Source: Eledone cirrhosa (taxonomy: Eukaryota). From it: a stretch of DNA of 64,000 bases. Numbering within the stretch: the stretch's first letter is position 1; every line of letters starts with the position of its first letter. This document shows positions 26,487-40,872 of this stretch, piece by piece. Both the position numbers and the translations under genes were made by a program. The notes under the pieces were generated by a model. That model had not been told where the DNA came from and did not search any database. It was given only the letters and a program-made list of their open reading frames with translations. Location: contig OZ024743.1 of the NCBI GenBank assembly GCA_964016885.1, forward strand, positions 16,120,001 through 16,184,000. The letters run 5' to 3'.

Positions 26487-28926
26487 CAGTGGATCCTCGA
26501 TATACGGTAGTTCTTTATCCGGTAAATTCACAGATACGGTTTTGGGTAATTACTACAATCAATTCTATTTACGGTAAACAAAATTAACAGATACGGCTTT
26601 TGGTCGTGTTTTGTCTATATTATACCGTAGCGCCACCTGTAGTAGGCAATACATTCACCCTTGAATTCGTGGAAACAGACTGCTATTCGAATTCTAGGAA
26701 AATTGTGTTACTACTGCTATCGTACTAACTGGCCTTACCGAGAAACTGGCCAATCACGAGCGAGTTCAGATATCGGTCGATGCGTCATAACTCTTAACTG
26801 ATCATTTCAGTTCGGCAAACTAGCGTGTCCTCTCAGTGAGAGAATTTTTGCCGAACTAAAGTGATCAGTTAAGAGTTATGACGTTATTCAAAGTAAGTGA
26901 AAACCCAACGGCGTGTTTTTGGAGCATAATTATCACAGCATATCTTATAACCCCATATCTCATGGCCCCAAAACGTCCTGCGAATATTGCTGATGCAGAT
27001 GGGAACTCCAAACGCATGAGGAAGAGCCTGAGTTTGGAGATAAAGCTGGACATTTTGAAAAGGAAGGAACAGGGGCAAGGTACGTCCGCCATAAGTCATA
27101 ACTTAGGCCTAGCCCAGTCTACAGTCTGGACAGTTTTAAAAAATAGTGAGGCTGTCAAAAAAGCTGGGGAGAATGCTACGAGGCTACAGAGTAAATTGTT
27201 GACCAAACATCGTGAGCCGATTATGGTTAGGATGGAAAGTTGCTCAAAATTTGGATCGACGACCAAAATCGTCAAAATATGCCTCTGTCTTTAAATGTAA
27301 TCAGTGAGAAAGCATTGTCCACTATTGACAGGCTCAAAACTGAAATGGGGGTGGAGGACTTTGTATTCAAGACAAGCAAAGGCTGGTTTGATAAGTTCAA
27401 ACGACGTTCGAGTCTTCACAACATAAAAGTTACATGTGAAGCTGCCAGTTCTGATAAAGAGAGTGCTGAAAAATTCACGGCAGAGTTAGAGAAAGGCATT
27501 GAAGAGAATGTGAACAACAAAAATAGGTAATTAATTATGATGAAACAGGACTTTATTGGAAAAAGATGACCAGTAATACTTATATTGACAAGGAGGAGAA
27601 AAGTGCGAAGGGGTACAAAGCCTCAAAAGACCGCGTTACTCTGTTACTTGGAGTGAATGCAGAAGGAGATTTAAAGCTAAAGCCACTCATTATCTACCAT
27701 TCTGAAACTCCAAGAGCACTCAAGGGGTTACTTAAGCAATACCTACCAGTGACATGGAAGACTAATAAGAAAGCATGGCTGATCACTTCAATTCACCAGG
27801 ATTTTTTCACCTCATATCTGTCACCAACCCTTAAGGAATATGCATTAGCTAACAACATTGCCAACCATTTTCTGCTACCCACGGGCAATGGAAGACTGGT
27901 CAGAAAATATTTAGGTTTTGTTTCTCCCCCCAAAACACCACAGCTCTCATTCAGCCGATGGATCAAACAGTCATCAAAACATTTAAGGCATACTACTAGC
28001 GGAGAACCATTCAGCAGCTGATAAAGGGCACAAATGGGCCTAACAAGCCCACAATCAGGGAATGGTGGAAATTGTACAACATCAAGGCATGTTGGGAAGA
28101 AGTGAAGCAGTCTACCATGAACTTGGCCTGGAAGAAACTATGGCCAGCGTGTGTGAATGACTTCCAAGGCTTTGCTGAGGACATTGGTGCGATAAAAAAA
28201 AGATATTGTAAATCTCTGCCATAGAGCTGGCTTCGATGGTGTTAATGATGATAATGTGCAAGACCTTTTGTAAAGCCATGCTGAACTCATAGAAGTAGAC
28301 AAGGCGATACAGGAGACAGAAAAAGAAGAAGCGGAGGAAGAAGAACCTGTGCATGGCTTGGACATAAAAACTCTAAAAGAATGTCTCGGAAGTATCGAAA
28401 CAATCGTAGAAACCCTGAAGGAGCGTGACCCCAACCCTGCTAGGAGCAGCAAAGTGGCTCAAGATGCCGAGAAAAGAGTCAAGATTTACCAAGAAATGTA
28501 TGAAGCCAAAAGAAACACCGCCAAACAGTCCGCCATCTACTCTTTCTTCAAGCCAGTCACACCTTCCAATCGTGCTACAACTGGCCCTTCAACATCCACT
28601 GCAGTCGACGAGTTTGTTGGTTTTGAGCCTCCCACATCACCCTCATCCTGCCCTGCCAACTCAGCCCGAGAAAAGTAAGTGCTGAAACCCATACTGTCCC
28701 TTAGCCTCGGAGGGGGGGGGGGGGGGGGGGGGGCAAATGAAGAGGCACATCATCTGATGGACTACGCGGCATGTGTAAGGTACAGTAAATAAAAAAAAAC
28801 ATTTCATTTCTGTAGGGATGACATTTTCAATGTGCTGGAACGCATCCCTATCTATTTCATGTTATAATAGGTTCTTTATACGGTAAGGGTTTCAGGAACG
28901 CATATATACCGTATATTGAGGACTCA

Positions 28927-28929
<3 letters not shown>
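26487..28929 (+). mobile_element. Full-length Tigger/pogo DNA transposon (decayed)
   Basis: TIR CAGTGGATCCTCGATATACGGTA / TACCGTATATTGAGGACTCACTG; TA flanks. Confidence 0.95.
26962..28678 (+). pseudogene. Tigger/pogo transposase (CENP-B HTH plus DDE), multiple frameshifts and stops
   Basis: MAPKRP...RKSLSLEIKLDIL; FKTSKGWFDKFKRRSSLHNIK; NYDETGLYWK; KASKDRVTLLLGVNAEGDLKLKPL; LIQPMDQ. Confidence 0.92.
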
Positions 28930-28971
<42 letters not shown>

Positions 28972-29258
28972 ATTTACACCTGGACACGGTTGCTTCTGAC
29001 AGGGCCCTCTAGAGGGAGTGTTTGAGGATTCTGCCCATACAACTCTCTCAGGAATAAGTGGAAGAAGGAGGAGGAGAAGAAGAAGAAAAAGAAAAAAAAG
29101 AAGTAAAGGAAGAAGAAAAACATTATATTAATAAAAAAAAATAATAATAATTGTTTCTACTTTTGGCACAAGACCAACAATTATCTCAGTGTATTACTGA
29201 TACTTTATTTTATCATTCCATGAGGATGAAAAGGCAAAGTTATAATAATAATAATAAT

Positions 29259-29332
29259 GAGAAGAAGAAGAAGAAGAAGAAGAAGAAGAAGAAGAAGAAG
29301 AAGAAGAAGAAGAAGAAGGAGAAGAAGAAGAA
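29259..29332. repeat. (AAG)n microsatellite
   Basis: Direct reading. Confidence 0.95.
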
Positions 29333-29599
29333 ACCACCTGTACATGGGTTGTATCTAGCATCTTTAGTTTGGAAATACAATATATCTTCTTCTCTCCCTC
29401 TCTCCTGTGCTATTGCTACCTGTCTATGCACAAGTCTCTGCGGTATGAATAATGGTTCATATAACTACGTTTTTCTAATCAATTATTACATGATGTCAGT
29501 GGAAAACTAAAAGCCAATTCAGTTCCAATGTAATACAATCAAAAGCGATAAAATATGTCAATTTCAAAACGAAATAGTACATAGCCTACCACCGGACAC

Positions 29600-30720
29600 A
29601 GAGACATTCCTGTTGTGAGAATTACTGTTTAAGAATATTATTCCGTTCAACAATGGAAGCAGTAACCCTCACATTTACTGCAGTGTCCATGATGTGGGAT
29701 GGAGTAAAAGAGACACTGACTGTGGTGTCCCAGATGAGACACCTAACTCTTATCTTACACAGGGAAAAGGGTAAGACCGTCTGGTCTCTTCCCATCACTT
29801 CTAGATAATTCAACTGGCTCCAGAATTGAGTGGGTATTTACCCGAGCCAGGGCCTGTTTGATGATAAAGTTCAGCTTGGTGTGGTTGGTGAAATGACCAG
29901 GATTCAGGCGTCATGACAAACTATGTAGACCCGTGGAGTCGAGGGACTTGCCACAGCAACATTTCAGGCCCCCACAGTTGTGGGTTCCCACTTGAAGTGC
30001 AAATGAGATGTGGAGCTCATCCTAACTGAGAAGGGCATCAATCCAGTTCCTTAGAACTTTGCGCCTACTGATACTAAGCACCACCTAGAAGATTGATCGG
30101 AAAGATCAAAGAGAGAGTTAAAAGTTTCACTCAAACTGACAAACTCAGCTCTCTCCCTGGTGAAACTAGTCTAAGTTAGGAAGGAGAAGATGTCACCCAC
30201 TAAAGGGAAGCAAGCGTGAATGGAGGAAAGAAAGCAAGGTAGAGACAGGGATATGCATTTGAACAGACCAAGACCTCTAAACAGTCAGGGCGAGACAGCT
30301 TGGTCGCAAAAATCTGGAGAGAGTCAGGCATTGACCAAATTTATTCAACATTCCTAAGTATAGAAACACCTAGGTGAGGCTCAATGACTTCGAGGTTTTT
30401 TTAAATGATGCTTGAGATTAGCCAACTTAGATAGAAACATGGATTCGAAGGCTCCAAGGGACCACTACGCTGATGAGGCAGGAATCACGATGGAGGGGAA
30501 GGACTCTGTGAGCAGGTCAATAGTCTGCTGATGTGAAGTAGGTGGTTGTGGACCAGAGCTTGCATTTGGAACTGATGATGTGAAGGCCCCTATGACCCAG
30601 CTCCTCAATCATCGTATTTGCAGTTGCAAGGACCTCATCTGGAGGATCGCTCAAGCAAGCATCATCCAGATGCCAGAAATTTAGATCCAGGTCAACACCC
30701 ATCTTAGTTATGCCATCCCG
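29600..30720 (-). mobile_element. Decayed RLE-type LINE (CRE-like): RT and restriction-like endonuclease remnants
   Basis: NFWHLDDACLS...GLHIISSKCKLW; RCLIWDTTVSVSFTPSH; second remnant at ~32230-32520. Confidence 0.65.
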
Positions 30721-33700
30721 TATTGAAAAATGTACCAGGTTGCACATTTTTTAATTTTCGTTACAACCAAAGTAAATTTCCATAAAGATGTATTCACGTT
30801 ACACATTTTTATTGTGCAGTATTTTATATTAGTTCAACCCATGCTAGGATGGAAGATGGACATTAAACGATGATGATGATGATTGACGTTATGATGATGA
30901 TGATCATAGTTTAATTCTCGTCTATGCCATAATGAAATGGCATTATGGACTGACTCTAGCTCTCCCCGATGAAGGCTGTGTCTATCCTTGAAACAGACTA
31001 TTAATTCTTTCTTAAGGCAAACCTATTCCTATTTTGATATTTTAAAAAAAATTGATTTACCTACATATATTTACTCAATATATTGTATCGATAATTTCGC
31101 TTATCATTATACATGTCTGTATAGTATATATATATTCATGCTTTGATTAGATCAATTGAATAACATCAAAGCAAAACAAAAATTATTTTCGTTGAAGTGG
31201 TTGCTTTTGTTATTATAGAGACGATTTATTTTTAATGCCTTTATTTTTTCTTTTCTTTTGTCTGTATCTAGTGGAAAACTTATATACATATGTGTGTGTA
31301 TGAGCATATGTGTGTCCAGTTTTATTTCTACTGGCATTGAATCAAACCAAGAAGATCTCTTTGATTAAATGAAATATAAATAAATGAAAAAAAAAAGATT
31401 GAAGTGAGAAGTAGGGTCGATATACTTCACTAAAAAACATTGAAGGTGATGCCTGAGCATAGTTAATGTACTGAAACCAGTAAAAAAATAGAAAGATAGT
31501 AAGAAACGAATCTACTGAAGACATTTGTAAATAGATAATTTTAGAAATATTAGACTTACAATTTAGGGTTAGCACACAAGTTAGTTTCACATCACATTCT
31601 CTTTGGATAGCTTATACAGAGTTGACTTTGCTTCAGACTTCCGGTTCCATCTTGTATTATATTTGTGGATATCAACTTGCCATGGTTCATTCTTAGTAAT
31701 CACATCATTCGAAGGTGCACAAGCTCAAGAGATTATAGAAGTAAAATGGTAATGTGTTACAAGATGTAATATACATCCTCAAATCATATTTTAATGACTT
31801 GAATGAGGAAAAGAGCACATTAGAAAATGTAGTTCTACATTATCTTACAAAGACAGAATTCTCATGGCTGATATTTCTTTGACCATTATTGTTATAAATC
31901 AAGGTTGACCTGTAGATAAACAAGTAGACTTGATCCAAGAAATGTAATTCATTAGACGTACACACATATATTTAGTTTATTATATCGAAATAAACAACGT
32001 ACATCAAATTACATAATAACACATAATTCACATTTTCCTCCCCCAAATACGTTGACAATATGAATGATAGCTTGGAATTACAAACATAAATGTCATAGCT
32101 GTAAAATTACAACAAACACACATATATCTCTATTATCTAATTATATAAATGTTTTACATTAAACGATAAAATCAAAATGTAAGAAAATATTAAGTCAACA
32201 CTAAGTGTATCAATCTGTCACACATCACAGGGGGTGCTGGATCCTCTCTCTAATAATTTTTTAGACAAGCCAACACACTGGCAGCATTAATGCATGTGTC
32301 AGCAAGGCCAAAAGGCCAGAACAGCTCCTCCAAAAGTTTCGAACATCACAGACAGGAAAGAATAGTTTGTCAATAATTCCCGGTCTTTTAAAATATTATT
32401 CAATTCAGCTACATAACCAATGACATTCACATTTACTGCAGCATCCACGATATAGGAAGGGGTGAAAGTGTCACTGATTGTGGCATCCTAAATGAGATAT
32501 CTACCTCTTACCCAAGGGAATTATGTTGCTCTCATATCCCAAACGTACGCCTGTTTGTATTATTCTGTTTCAAAACTCCTAACAATGTGCACTTTCCTTT
32601 TTTACTTCTGTGTATCTATATTTGACAGAATAACTATAGACTTTAATTTTTAGACTGCTAATTGCTTGAATCACTGTAAATTCATTCTTGTAGACAAAAT
32701 ATTGAGTAAGTAAGTTCAAGAGCTTTTCTTATTGTCTACTCCAGGTCAGCCCTGATTATGCAGAATAATGATTAGAGGCTTTCCATCCTTGACAATCCAA
32801 TTCTTTCTTTTTAGAATTATATTATCCAAATCAACTATGTATGGATGCTGTTAGCTAAGATATAAATTAGACATATTTCAAGAGTTAGTATTTAGTCTTT
32901 GGTTAGCCATGATTCTGTCAATATATAACTAAAGTATTCTTGCTGTGACTATCTCCTACTTTGGTAAATTTAAGAATAAATGGGTCAATAGGTCATTATC
33001 TTATGAAGACAAGTTGGGATAAGAGAATGTAGCTACTATTTCTAGGAAGTCAGATACCTACATAGTGAGTTCTTCATAGGCTTGCATTCAGGATAGTTGT
33101 ATTTATAAGTATAGCTATTTAATAAAATGCTTAAGGCAGCTTAGGTTTGTATTACATTCCTTCACAAATTTCCTTCATCTGTATAGTGACATTTAAAAGG
33201 TTGATTGAACTACTAGTGCTACATAGTAGTATCTATGTACTAAAAGATCTATGATTTCATAAGGCTAAAAAATTGTATAGAGTACTAAGGTTGAAAACAT
33301 CCTTTAATTATTAAGGTTAAAAAATATTATTTAAGTACTAAATTAAATAAAGTGTATTTAAGTACGAAGACTAAACAATAATATTTTTAACGAAGGCTGA
33401 ACAATTGTAAGCACTATGGCCAAAACCCCAAAATAACAAAACAACATCTCACTATAGTGATAAACTATGTAAATCTTGTGAGAGCTCTTAAATATCTCAA
33501 ACCTTCATATTTCATTAGGTTGGCATGAAATAGCATTTTTCAAACATTGTCATGTAGTACTGTGGTTTTAATTCAATCTTTTCAATTTAGTGGCCTTTTG
33601 TCCATTTTAAAGTTTTCTTTCGCTGACTACAGCGATTGATTAATGATACTGAATACTCAGATAACTCTACTTTTTGAGTTTCTTTCTTCCCAAAACTTTC

Positions 33701-36700
33701 ACTTTATGAATCTGAAAGATATTAATTTATAAGCAAGAAAGATGGGTTGGTTTCTAGATGAAGTTGTTATTGGGCCTTAAATCAACCATTATCAATAGAG
33801 GAATCCAAAGCAATTCAAGCCATTGCGATCCAATTTGATTTGAATTTCAATTATTTCATATTCTAAACTCCTACACTTCCCAATCTATCCATTTTTGATT
33901 GGTATCAGTTTAAGGGAGATTTCTTGCAGGTCAAGTAACCACCTAGAAGTTCTTCCATTGATTCAAGCAACGATGTGTTCATAGAGATGTATGACTGAAT
34001 AATCAAATTACCATTCAGCCAGAGTGCAGTGAAGTAATGTGTTTCATCGATAATATATTGAATAGTGAAATGAATGTTATAAAAGAGGGAAAAATTAAAA
34101 TGACAAAACTAACAGGAAACACAACAATACCTGTCATTAACTTATTGAAAGACCAATCAAATATGACAGTACATGTGACACATATCAATTGTAAAATTTA
34201 TTAAAGTGATAGCTGTCATTATATTTTTGCCAAAATAATTAAGCAAAGAAAAATGATTTAAGAGAAATATTTCCAATTTCCTAAAATTAATTGAAATCTT
34301 AAAATCACAAACTTTTGTCAAGTATATTGTATTTATTAAATCATTGGGAAACTCAAATTCCTATTTGAGGTAAACACGGGATTCTTTAGATATTTCAATA
34401 ACTTCATAATCTGAGTTGATCGGAATCCAGAATAATAATTTATAACATAGATTTTACAGCACCATGTAAGGGTTTAGTATTTTCAGGGAGAGATTTAGCA
34501 ATTTCATAACAAAATGGCATCAGTGTAGTGAAAATGCACTGAATAGGGTAATTACAAAGAGCTGAAATTGATAAACCCCTTGTTGAAAGTAGTCATTAGA
34601 GTTTTAATGAAATTATTGACTGGGTTACCTTTGATTTATAAGGATAACACTAGGATTTATAAGGAAGTGGGGACCATAGACACCATATATTTAGTGATAC
34701 CATGGCGAATAATTATCATTGCAAATAAGAAACTTTCATACATTTGCATTCATCAGACTGTACAGTGGTTTTAGACAGAGTTCCACATGCTATAGACTGG
34801 CTCCCTCAAAGAAAACTGGAAAGTAATGAATTGATTGTGTGAGACTCTCACTTACGTTTGTGAATGTTGTAAGCTAGTTTATGAAAGATAGTACCTTCAG
34901 GGACTAGCATGGTATAGGGACACACATGATCTGTTTAATTAGTTTCTACCTCCAAGATGATGAACTCATATGTTTGAAATATTCCATTTTCCCCATATCA
35001 AACTTGAGTCATTATGTATTAACAAGGAAACAAGAAAATGATGAATATGTTGATAGTATATGCCCTGATGACAATCAACAAGCTGAAGCATTTACAATCT
35101 TAATGATGGCTTCACAGATAAAAATGATTATGGTGGGAGGAGAATCAGCAAACATAACTTTTCTGTTTTAAAATTTATCTTGTTTTTAGTGCAGAGGTAT
35201 TATTTGCATTCAAGCAAATTAATGGGAGTTGATGTCTGATATTGAGGAACTAACACTATTAGCTAGATCCTAGCGGGACCACTTATTGATAACAAAGTTC
35301 AAGAGCATCTTACATGATGCTCTAAACATTTCGACAATCCAGTGTAGACTAGAACTTTATTTATCAACATTATATAAATGCAAGACAGATTTGAGCTCGT
35401 CAGCATTTCGGCTCAGAAAATAAGGGGCATTCTATTTGATATCTCTAACATGTCTGCCAGTTGAACATCCTGTATTTATATTAGATATTTTATGTCATTT
35501 GATTAACAGACTCAGTAAAGTGTTGGATAGCATGTTTTATGATATTTGCTCAAGCTCATTGGATTCTTCTTTTAAATCCCACCAAGATCTACTTTGACTT
35601 CCATTCTTTCTGGGTTGCAAAAGAACATGGCAGTCTAAGTGGAGTAGCTGTAGCTGTCACTTGCTGGATGTTCTTTGGGATCTAGGGAAAGAGTGTTGAA
35701 AGAGTATGCTAGTGATTACATAGACACATAAGAACATTAGCAAAAGTATGGCACATGCTACAAATAAGCTTCAATTGTGACTGATGGTTTTAGTTTTAGT
35801 TTTGAACATAAGACTAAACAAACCAATTTGTTCTATTCAGTTTTAAGATCATAAAATCCAATAGGAGATATATTTAACTGCTCTTTCTGACAGGTTAAAC
35901 AACCTTGTAAAAGCTGCTTTGTTGGTTCAATATGAATATATATCGATGTCGAAGATGATTATAAAAGTGGTCGAGTTGTAGCTAAGTATGATAGTAGTAG
36001 GTGTCATGGTTTTGTAGCACAGGAGACGAATGCTAATGAAAGGTGGTGAAACTGATGTTGAGAGGGCTGCAGGAGTATTTTCAAGTATGAATAAAGCTGT
36101 AGTGTTGGTGGTGACTGCAAACTGTAAGTAATATTGATGATGATGATGATCAAGTACATAATGATAATAAAGTGAATAATGAAAGTCCAAAATTGATAAA
36201 ACATTATGAACATAATGGAAACAAGTCTAGAACATTTGTTCATTATATAAGAAAATACGCTGGTGGTAGTGGTTAATAAAATAATGGTGGTGGTGATGTT
36301 AATTGTAGTGGTGAGCTTGATGATTATTATGTAGGTGTGATGGTACTGGTATTAAGTTCAACAGTATAGGTATTATTGATGGCGATGATGCTGATAGTAA
36401 ATTGGATATAAATTATTTTAACGAGAAAAATGCAAAAATGACAAGGTTGCTGAAAATAATGGAAACAAGTCTGAAACTAGTGTTTGTTATATAAATAAAA
36501 TATTCTGGTATTAAATATGATGATAATGGTGGTGGTGGCAGCAGTGATGATGTAGTCTATAATGACTAAGATTCTGTTTATGATAATAATAATAATGGTG
36601 ATTCTGATCATGAGAGCAATTGAAGTATTGTGGTTGCGTCATATTAAACTGATTATTATAAATTATGTTACATCATTATTTGATTATACATCATTTTGCA

Positions 36701-37049
36701 TTAATTTAGTTTCTCAACAAATCAGCAACCCATATTCTTCACATTTCAAATTGAAAGCCTCCATTAGTTGCAATGTAATCCCAGCACAGTTTTCTTCTGA
36801 CAGTGGGTAGGATAGGGTAAACAATCTTGATTTATTAGCAAAACACACACTTCTGAGGTGATAGCTTCATGCAATATATGATGTTTCAAGATTTAGTCCA
36901 ATAAATCTTATTACCATCAGAGTGCCTTAGCATAGCTGCAATCTAATGACTGAAACCAGTAAAATATATGTTCTATATTGGCAATACAACCATCAGAACT
37001 AATATTTTGAAACACTGCATCAGATAACATTTTACTATCTACACTATAA

Positions 37050-37303
37050 AGTGGTCATGTAGGTGTCATGACAAAAGTCCCCAAATCCACACTGTAAAGG
37101 GCCATGTAGGCATCGAAGAAGCACCCAGTACTCACTGTAAATGAAGTTGGTTTTAGGAAGAGCATGCACCTGTAGAAACCAAGCCAAAATCAGTTCTGTA
37201 TGAGCAAAATATGTTCACCTGACATAGCATTGTCCACAAATGGACAACTCGTCTAACCCATGCTAGCATGGGTTAGACGAGTTATGATGATGATGATGAT
37301 GAA
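37050..37303 (+). mobile_element. Truncated RTE-tailed SINE
   Basis: CTCACTGTAAATGAAGTTGG...AACCCATGCTAGCATGG...(GAT)n. Confidence 0.75.
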
Positions 37304-37800
37304 TATTAATTCTTTTTTTCCATATAAGCATGACACATTCAATTCTAATGGCAAGAATAAAATAAATTCTATTCAGTACATTTTACAGAATAAAATTCAT
37401 TCCTATCAACCTGTATTTTACGTTTTTCTATATTATATTGGATATGTATTTCTAGATTGGGAACCCTGATGGAATTCTAACATCCATTCTTCTGGTGTGA
37501 TATTTTCATGCAATATATTGATGTTTCAAACCTCGATTTTAAAAATGTTCATATTAACATAACAGTCATTATTTTCTAAATTATTGCCTCAACCTCCAGA
37601 ACTATAATTTTGACAATGCTAACATGTTACAATATTGAAAAAGAAGCCTTTTTATCATCTACATTTTTTTTTGTGTGGGAGGGTTCAACCAGATGAGTTA
37701 GTCAATAAATGTATTCCAGAAGAAAATAAGAGAATCTTGTCCTCTTGATCAATCATTTGTATTACTATGAATATCTATTTTCAACAATAACAGAAATAAT

Positions 37801-37984
37801 TGTTTCTACTATTGGCACAGGGCCAGCAATTATTCCAGTGTATTACTGGTACTTTATTTTATCGACCCCGTAAGGATGAAAGGTAAAGTTAACCTCGGCG
37901 GGATTTGAACTCAGAATGGCAAGGGCCGTAACTCTATGCGTCAAAGCATGGCGTCCGACCCTCTACCGATACTGCCAATCCATC
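37801..37984 (-). mobile_element. SINE family 2 with 19-bp TSD
   Basis: TSD CAACAATAACAGAAATAAT at 37782-37800 and 37985-38003. Confidence 0.9.
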
Positions 37985-38316
37985 CAACAATAACAGAAAT
38001 AATGATGAGGACTAAGATGAGTCCATAATAATTATTAAGGATGGTGATTATCACCATAGTTATGATGCTAATGATCCTATGATGATTTCAAAGTTGCTGT
38101 CAATAAGAATAAATATGATGATAATAATAATGATGGTTATGATAATGATGATATAGCAATGAAAGTGATGATATAGATTTTGTATATTCTTTCCTAGAGT
38201 TACCTCATTTTTTCAAAGCTAATGATTGGCTCTGACCATCCTCCAATGCCTTTGCTTCCTGCATTCAATCAGGTAACAAGAAAACATGCATAAGAACAAA
38301 TATACATACACCCATA

Positions 38317-39093
38317 CAGTGGCGGACTGGGTCTAAAAATATTTGTTGCCAGGAGATGAAGGGGGCCCATCTACATATAGAATTCTATCATTGGCCCCTA
38401 AAATACTACAGTGGGCCCTGCAATGCTAATATGGGCCCCCTGGCACCCACTTGCCATTAGGCAACCTGGAAACCTGGCAAGTGACGCCAGTGTATATCAT
38501 CATCATTTTACGTCTGCTTTTCTCTGGAATGCCACCACATCTTGATTTTGTAAGTAGGTTTATAATTATTAATTTTCACTATATTTATGTAACTGTCTTG
38601 GTGGCCTAGTCGGAGAAATCATAGACGGTGGTGAACCAGGTCTGAAGTTCGATCCTGGTCAGGAGTAGGTCTCCTGGTAAACCTTTTCAGTTTTTTCTAT
38701 GTAGTATAAAATAAAAACTGAAAAAGACTACATGTACCTCTAACCCAGGATTGAACCCAAGACCAGGATCACCACCATCTCTAGTAACTACAACTAGGCC
38801 ATAGAGACAACTACGAAAATAATATGAAAATTCATACTTATAAAACTACTTTCAAAATTTTCAAAAGAAAATGATGTGGTGTCGTTCATGTCTTTCTTAA
38901 TGTTATTGCTCTTACTTAAGGTTGACTTCTAAATCATTTGGGTGTTCCATAAACTTTCTTTCTCTTAGACTTCAGGTATTTTTTGAAAGCTAAGCATTGG
39001 CCCCTAAAATACTACAGTGGGTCCTGTAATGCTACTGTGAGCTCCTGCAATGCCACCAGTGGGCAACCTGGCAACCTGTGCAGTCTGCCACTG
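38317..39093. mobile_element. Composite non-autonomous DNA transposon (hAT-like TIR) with internal duplication and inverted tRNA-like pair
   Basis: CAGTGGCGGACTG / CAGTCTGCCACTG ends; duplicated CATTGGCCCCTAAAATACTACAGTGGG at ~38389 and ~38995; no clear TSD. Confidence 0.5.
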
Positions 39094-39194
39094 TACACAC
39101 ATACACACACATATATGTGTATATATATAATTTAAAGATGTCTCATAAATGACTAAGTTTTTTTCTTATAGATGAAATTGTCAGAGTAAAATAA

Positions 39195-39408
39195 TTATTT
39201 CTACTTTAGGCACAAGACCAACAATTTGAAGCTGGGGGGGTATCGATGAAATCCACCGCAGTATATTACTGGTGCTTATTTTATCGACTCCATAAAGATG
39301 AAAGGCAACACTAACTTCACCGGGATTTGAACTCAGAACATAAAGGGCCATAACTCTACACTGCAAAGCATGGTGTCTGACATTGTTTAGACACTGCCAA
39401 TCCACCAC
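39195..39408 (-). mobile_element. SINE family 2
   Basis: Same head and core as 37801; imperfect flanking repeat ATTGTCAGAG..TAAAATAAT. Confidence 0.8.
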
Positions 39409-40673
39409 ATTGTCAGAGAATAAAATAATAAAGCCAGTTTGTTACATATATGGGCAACTGGCCAACTTAGGTTAAACACTTGTAGGAGTGGCTGAAATCC
39501 ACCTTTTGCATCCATACTAAAATCTACATAGCAGCCAGAGACACATAATGGAAAAGAACAGTACAAAGAGGGAAGCAGTGTAAAAATAATGAAATGGATA
39601 ATGAAATGGATTATGGAAAATCAGAAGGAATAAGAATGGAATGCACTAAATAACACAAACAAATCCATGAGTAAGATAGCAAAAAATATAAATGAACTAA
39701 CATAAATTAAAGATAACTAATAGTCAGAATCCCAAACTTATCTAGTGATGAAGGTGCTTTTAAGAACTAAGAACTATATTACAATGTTGCCTTCTCTAAA
39801 AGTGAGTTTATGGAAAATTAGCTTACCTAAACACACTGCATAGAAATTCTAAACTTAGCAGACAGAAACATGAAACATTAATTGGTATAACCCACCCATC
39901 AATTCATCAATTTCTACTTAAATATATATATTAATGAAATATAACATAGATTTGTGTGTTTATATTTGTATATAAGTGTTTCAGTATGTGTAGGCACCGC
40001 TATGTCATTAGTAGTTAGCTTTGCTATCATGTAGCTCCATGATAATTATAATGATAGTAAAATATATATAAGGAATTTTAATAATGAATGTGCAAAAATA
40101 ACAAGACAATAATAAAATGATAAGCGCAAAAACATTATATGAAATAAACATACTGGTAACGATGATGATCATGATAACAGTGAACACTATGATGATGATA
40201 AATTTACTGTTCATAATAATAATGGCAGTGAGAAACTAATGATTATCATGATGATGGTGAGAACAAATCAGCTTTCAAAAATAACCATACAAAATAATAT
40301 TAATGATGGTAATATATCTGATAATCATAATGACAATTCTAATATAGATGTTTTGAGTCATTCCAAATTATAAAGATAGCTTTTGAATTTTTTTCTTTAA
40401 AATTACAATTAAATATAAAAATTGTTTCGGACATTTATCTTGATTTACCCAATAAAGATGCTCATGATAATTTAAGAGCAATGTGATAGAATGGTATAGC
40501 CATTCTCTTATTCATTAAAAAATTGTTTGTATGTATTTTCGTCTTTGATAATGCAATTAATCTGTTACTGGTTTCATTTTTTGGACTGAGGCTATGATGA
40601 ACCGAGAGAATTTAGTCAATAATATCAAACTCACTACTTGTTTCAGTCTGGTTCCTTTGATATTGCTTCTATA

Positions 40674-40864
40674 TAATTGTTTCTACTTTTGGCACAAGGC
40701 TAGCAATGACCCAGTGTATTGCTGGTACTTTATTTTATCGACCCCATAAGGATGAAAGGCAAAGTTAACCTCGGCGGGATTTGAACTCAGAATGGAAAAG
40801 ACCGTAACTCTATTCGTCAAAGCATGGCGTCCGACCCTCTGCCGATACTGCCAATCCACCGCCC
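40674..40864 (-). mobile_element. SINE family 2
   Basis: GGCGGTGGATTGGCAGTATCGGCAGAGG...GAGTTCAAATCCCGCC...GCCTTTCATCCTTATGGGGTCGATAAAATAAAGTACCAG. Confidence 0.9.
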
Positions 40865-40872
40865 TTATTGCT

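Noticed and set aside
30961-31005. CCGATGA-AGG...CCTT-GAAA HHR-like remnant
   Set aside because: Stem I and stem III cannot be paired; too decayed to call
34940-38272. Possible plus-strand exons (e.g. ~38198-38272 SYLIFSKLMIGSDHPPMPLLPAFNQ|gtaaca)
   Set aside because: Could not chain them consistently or recognise a product
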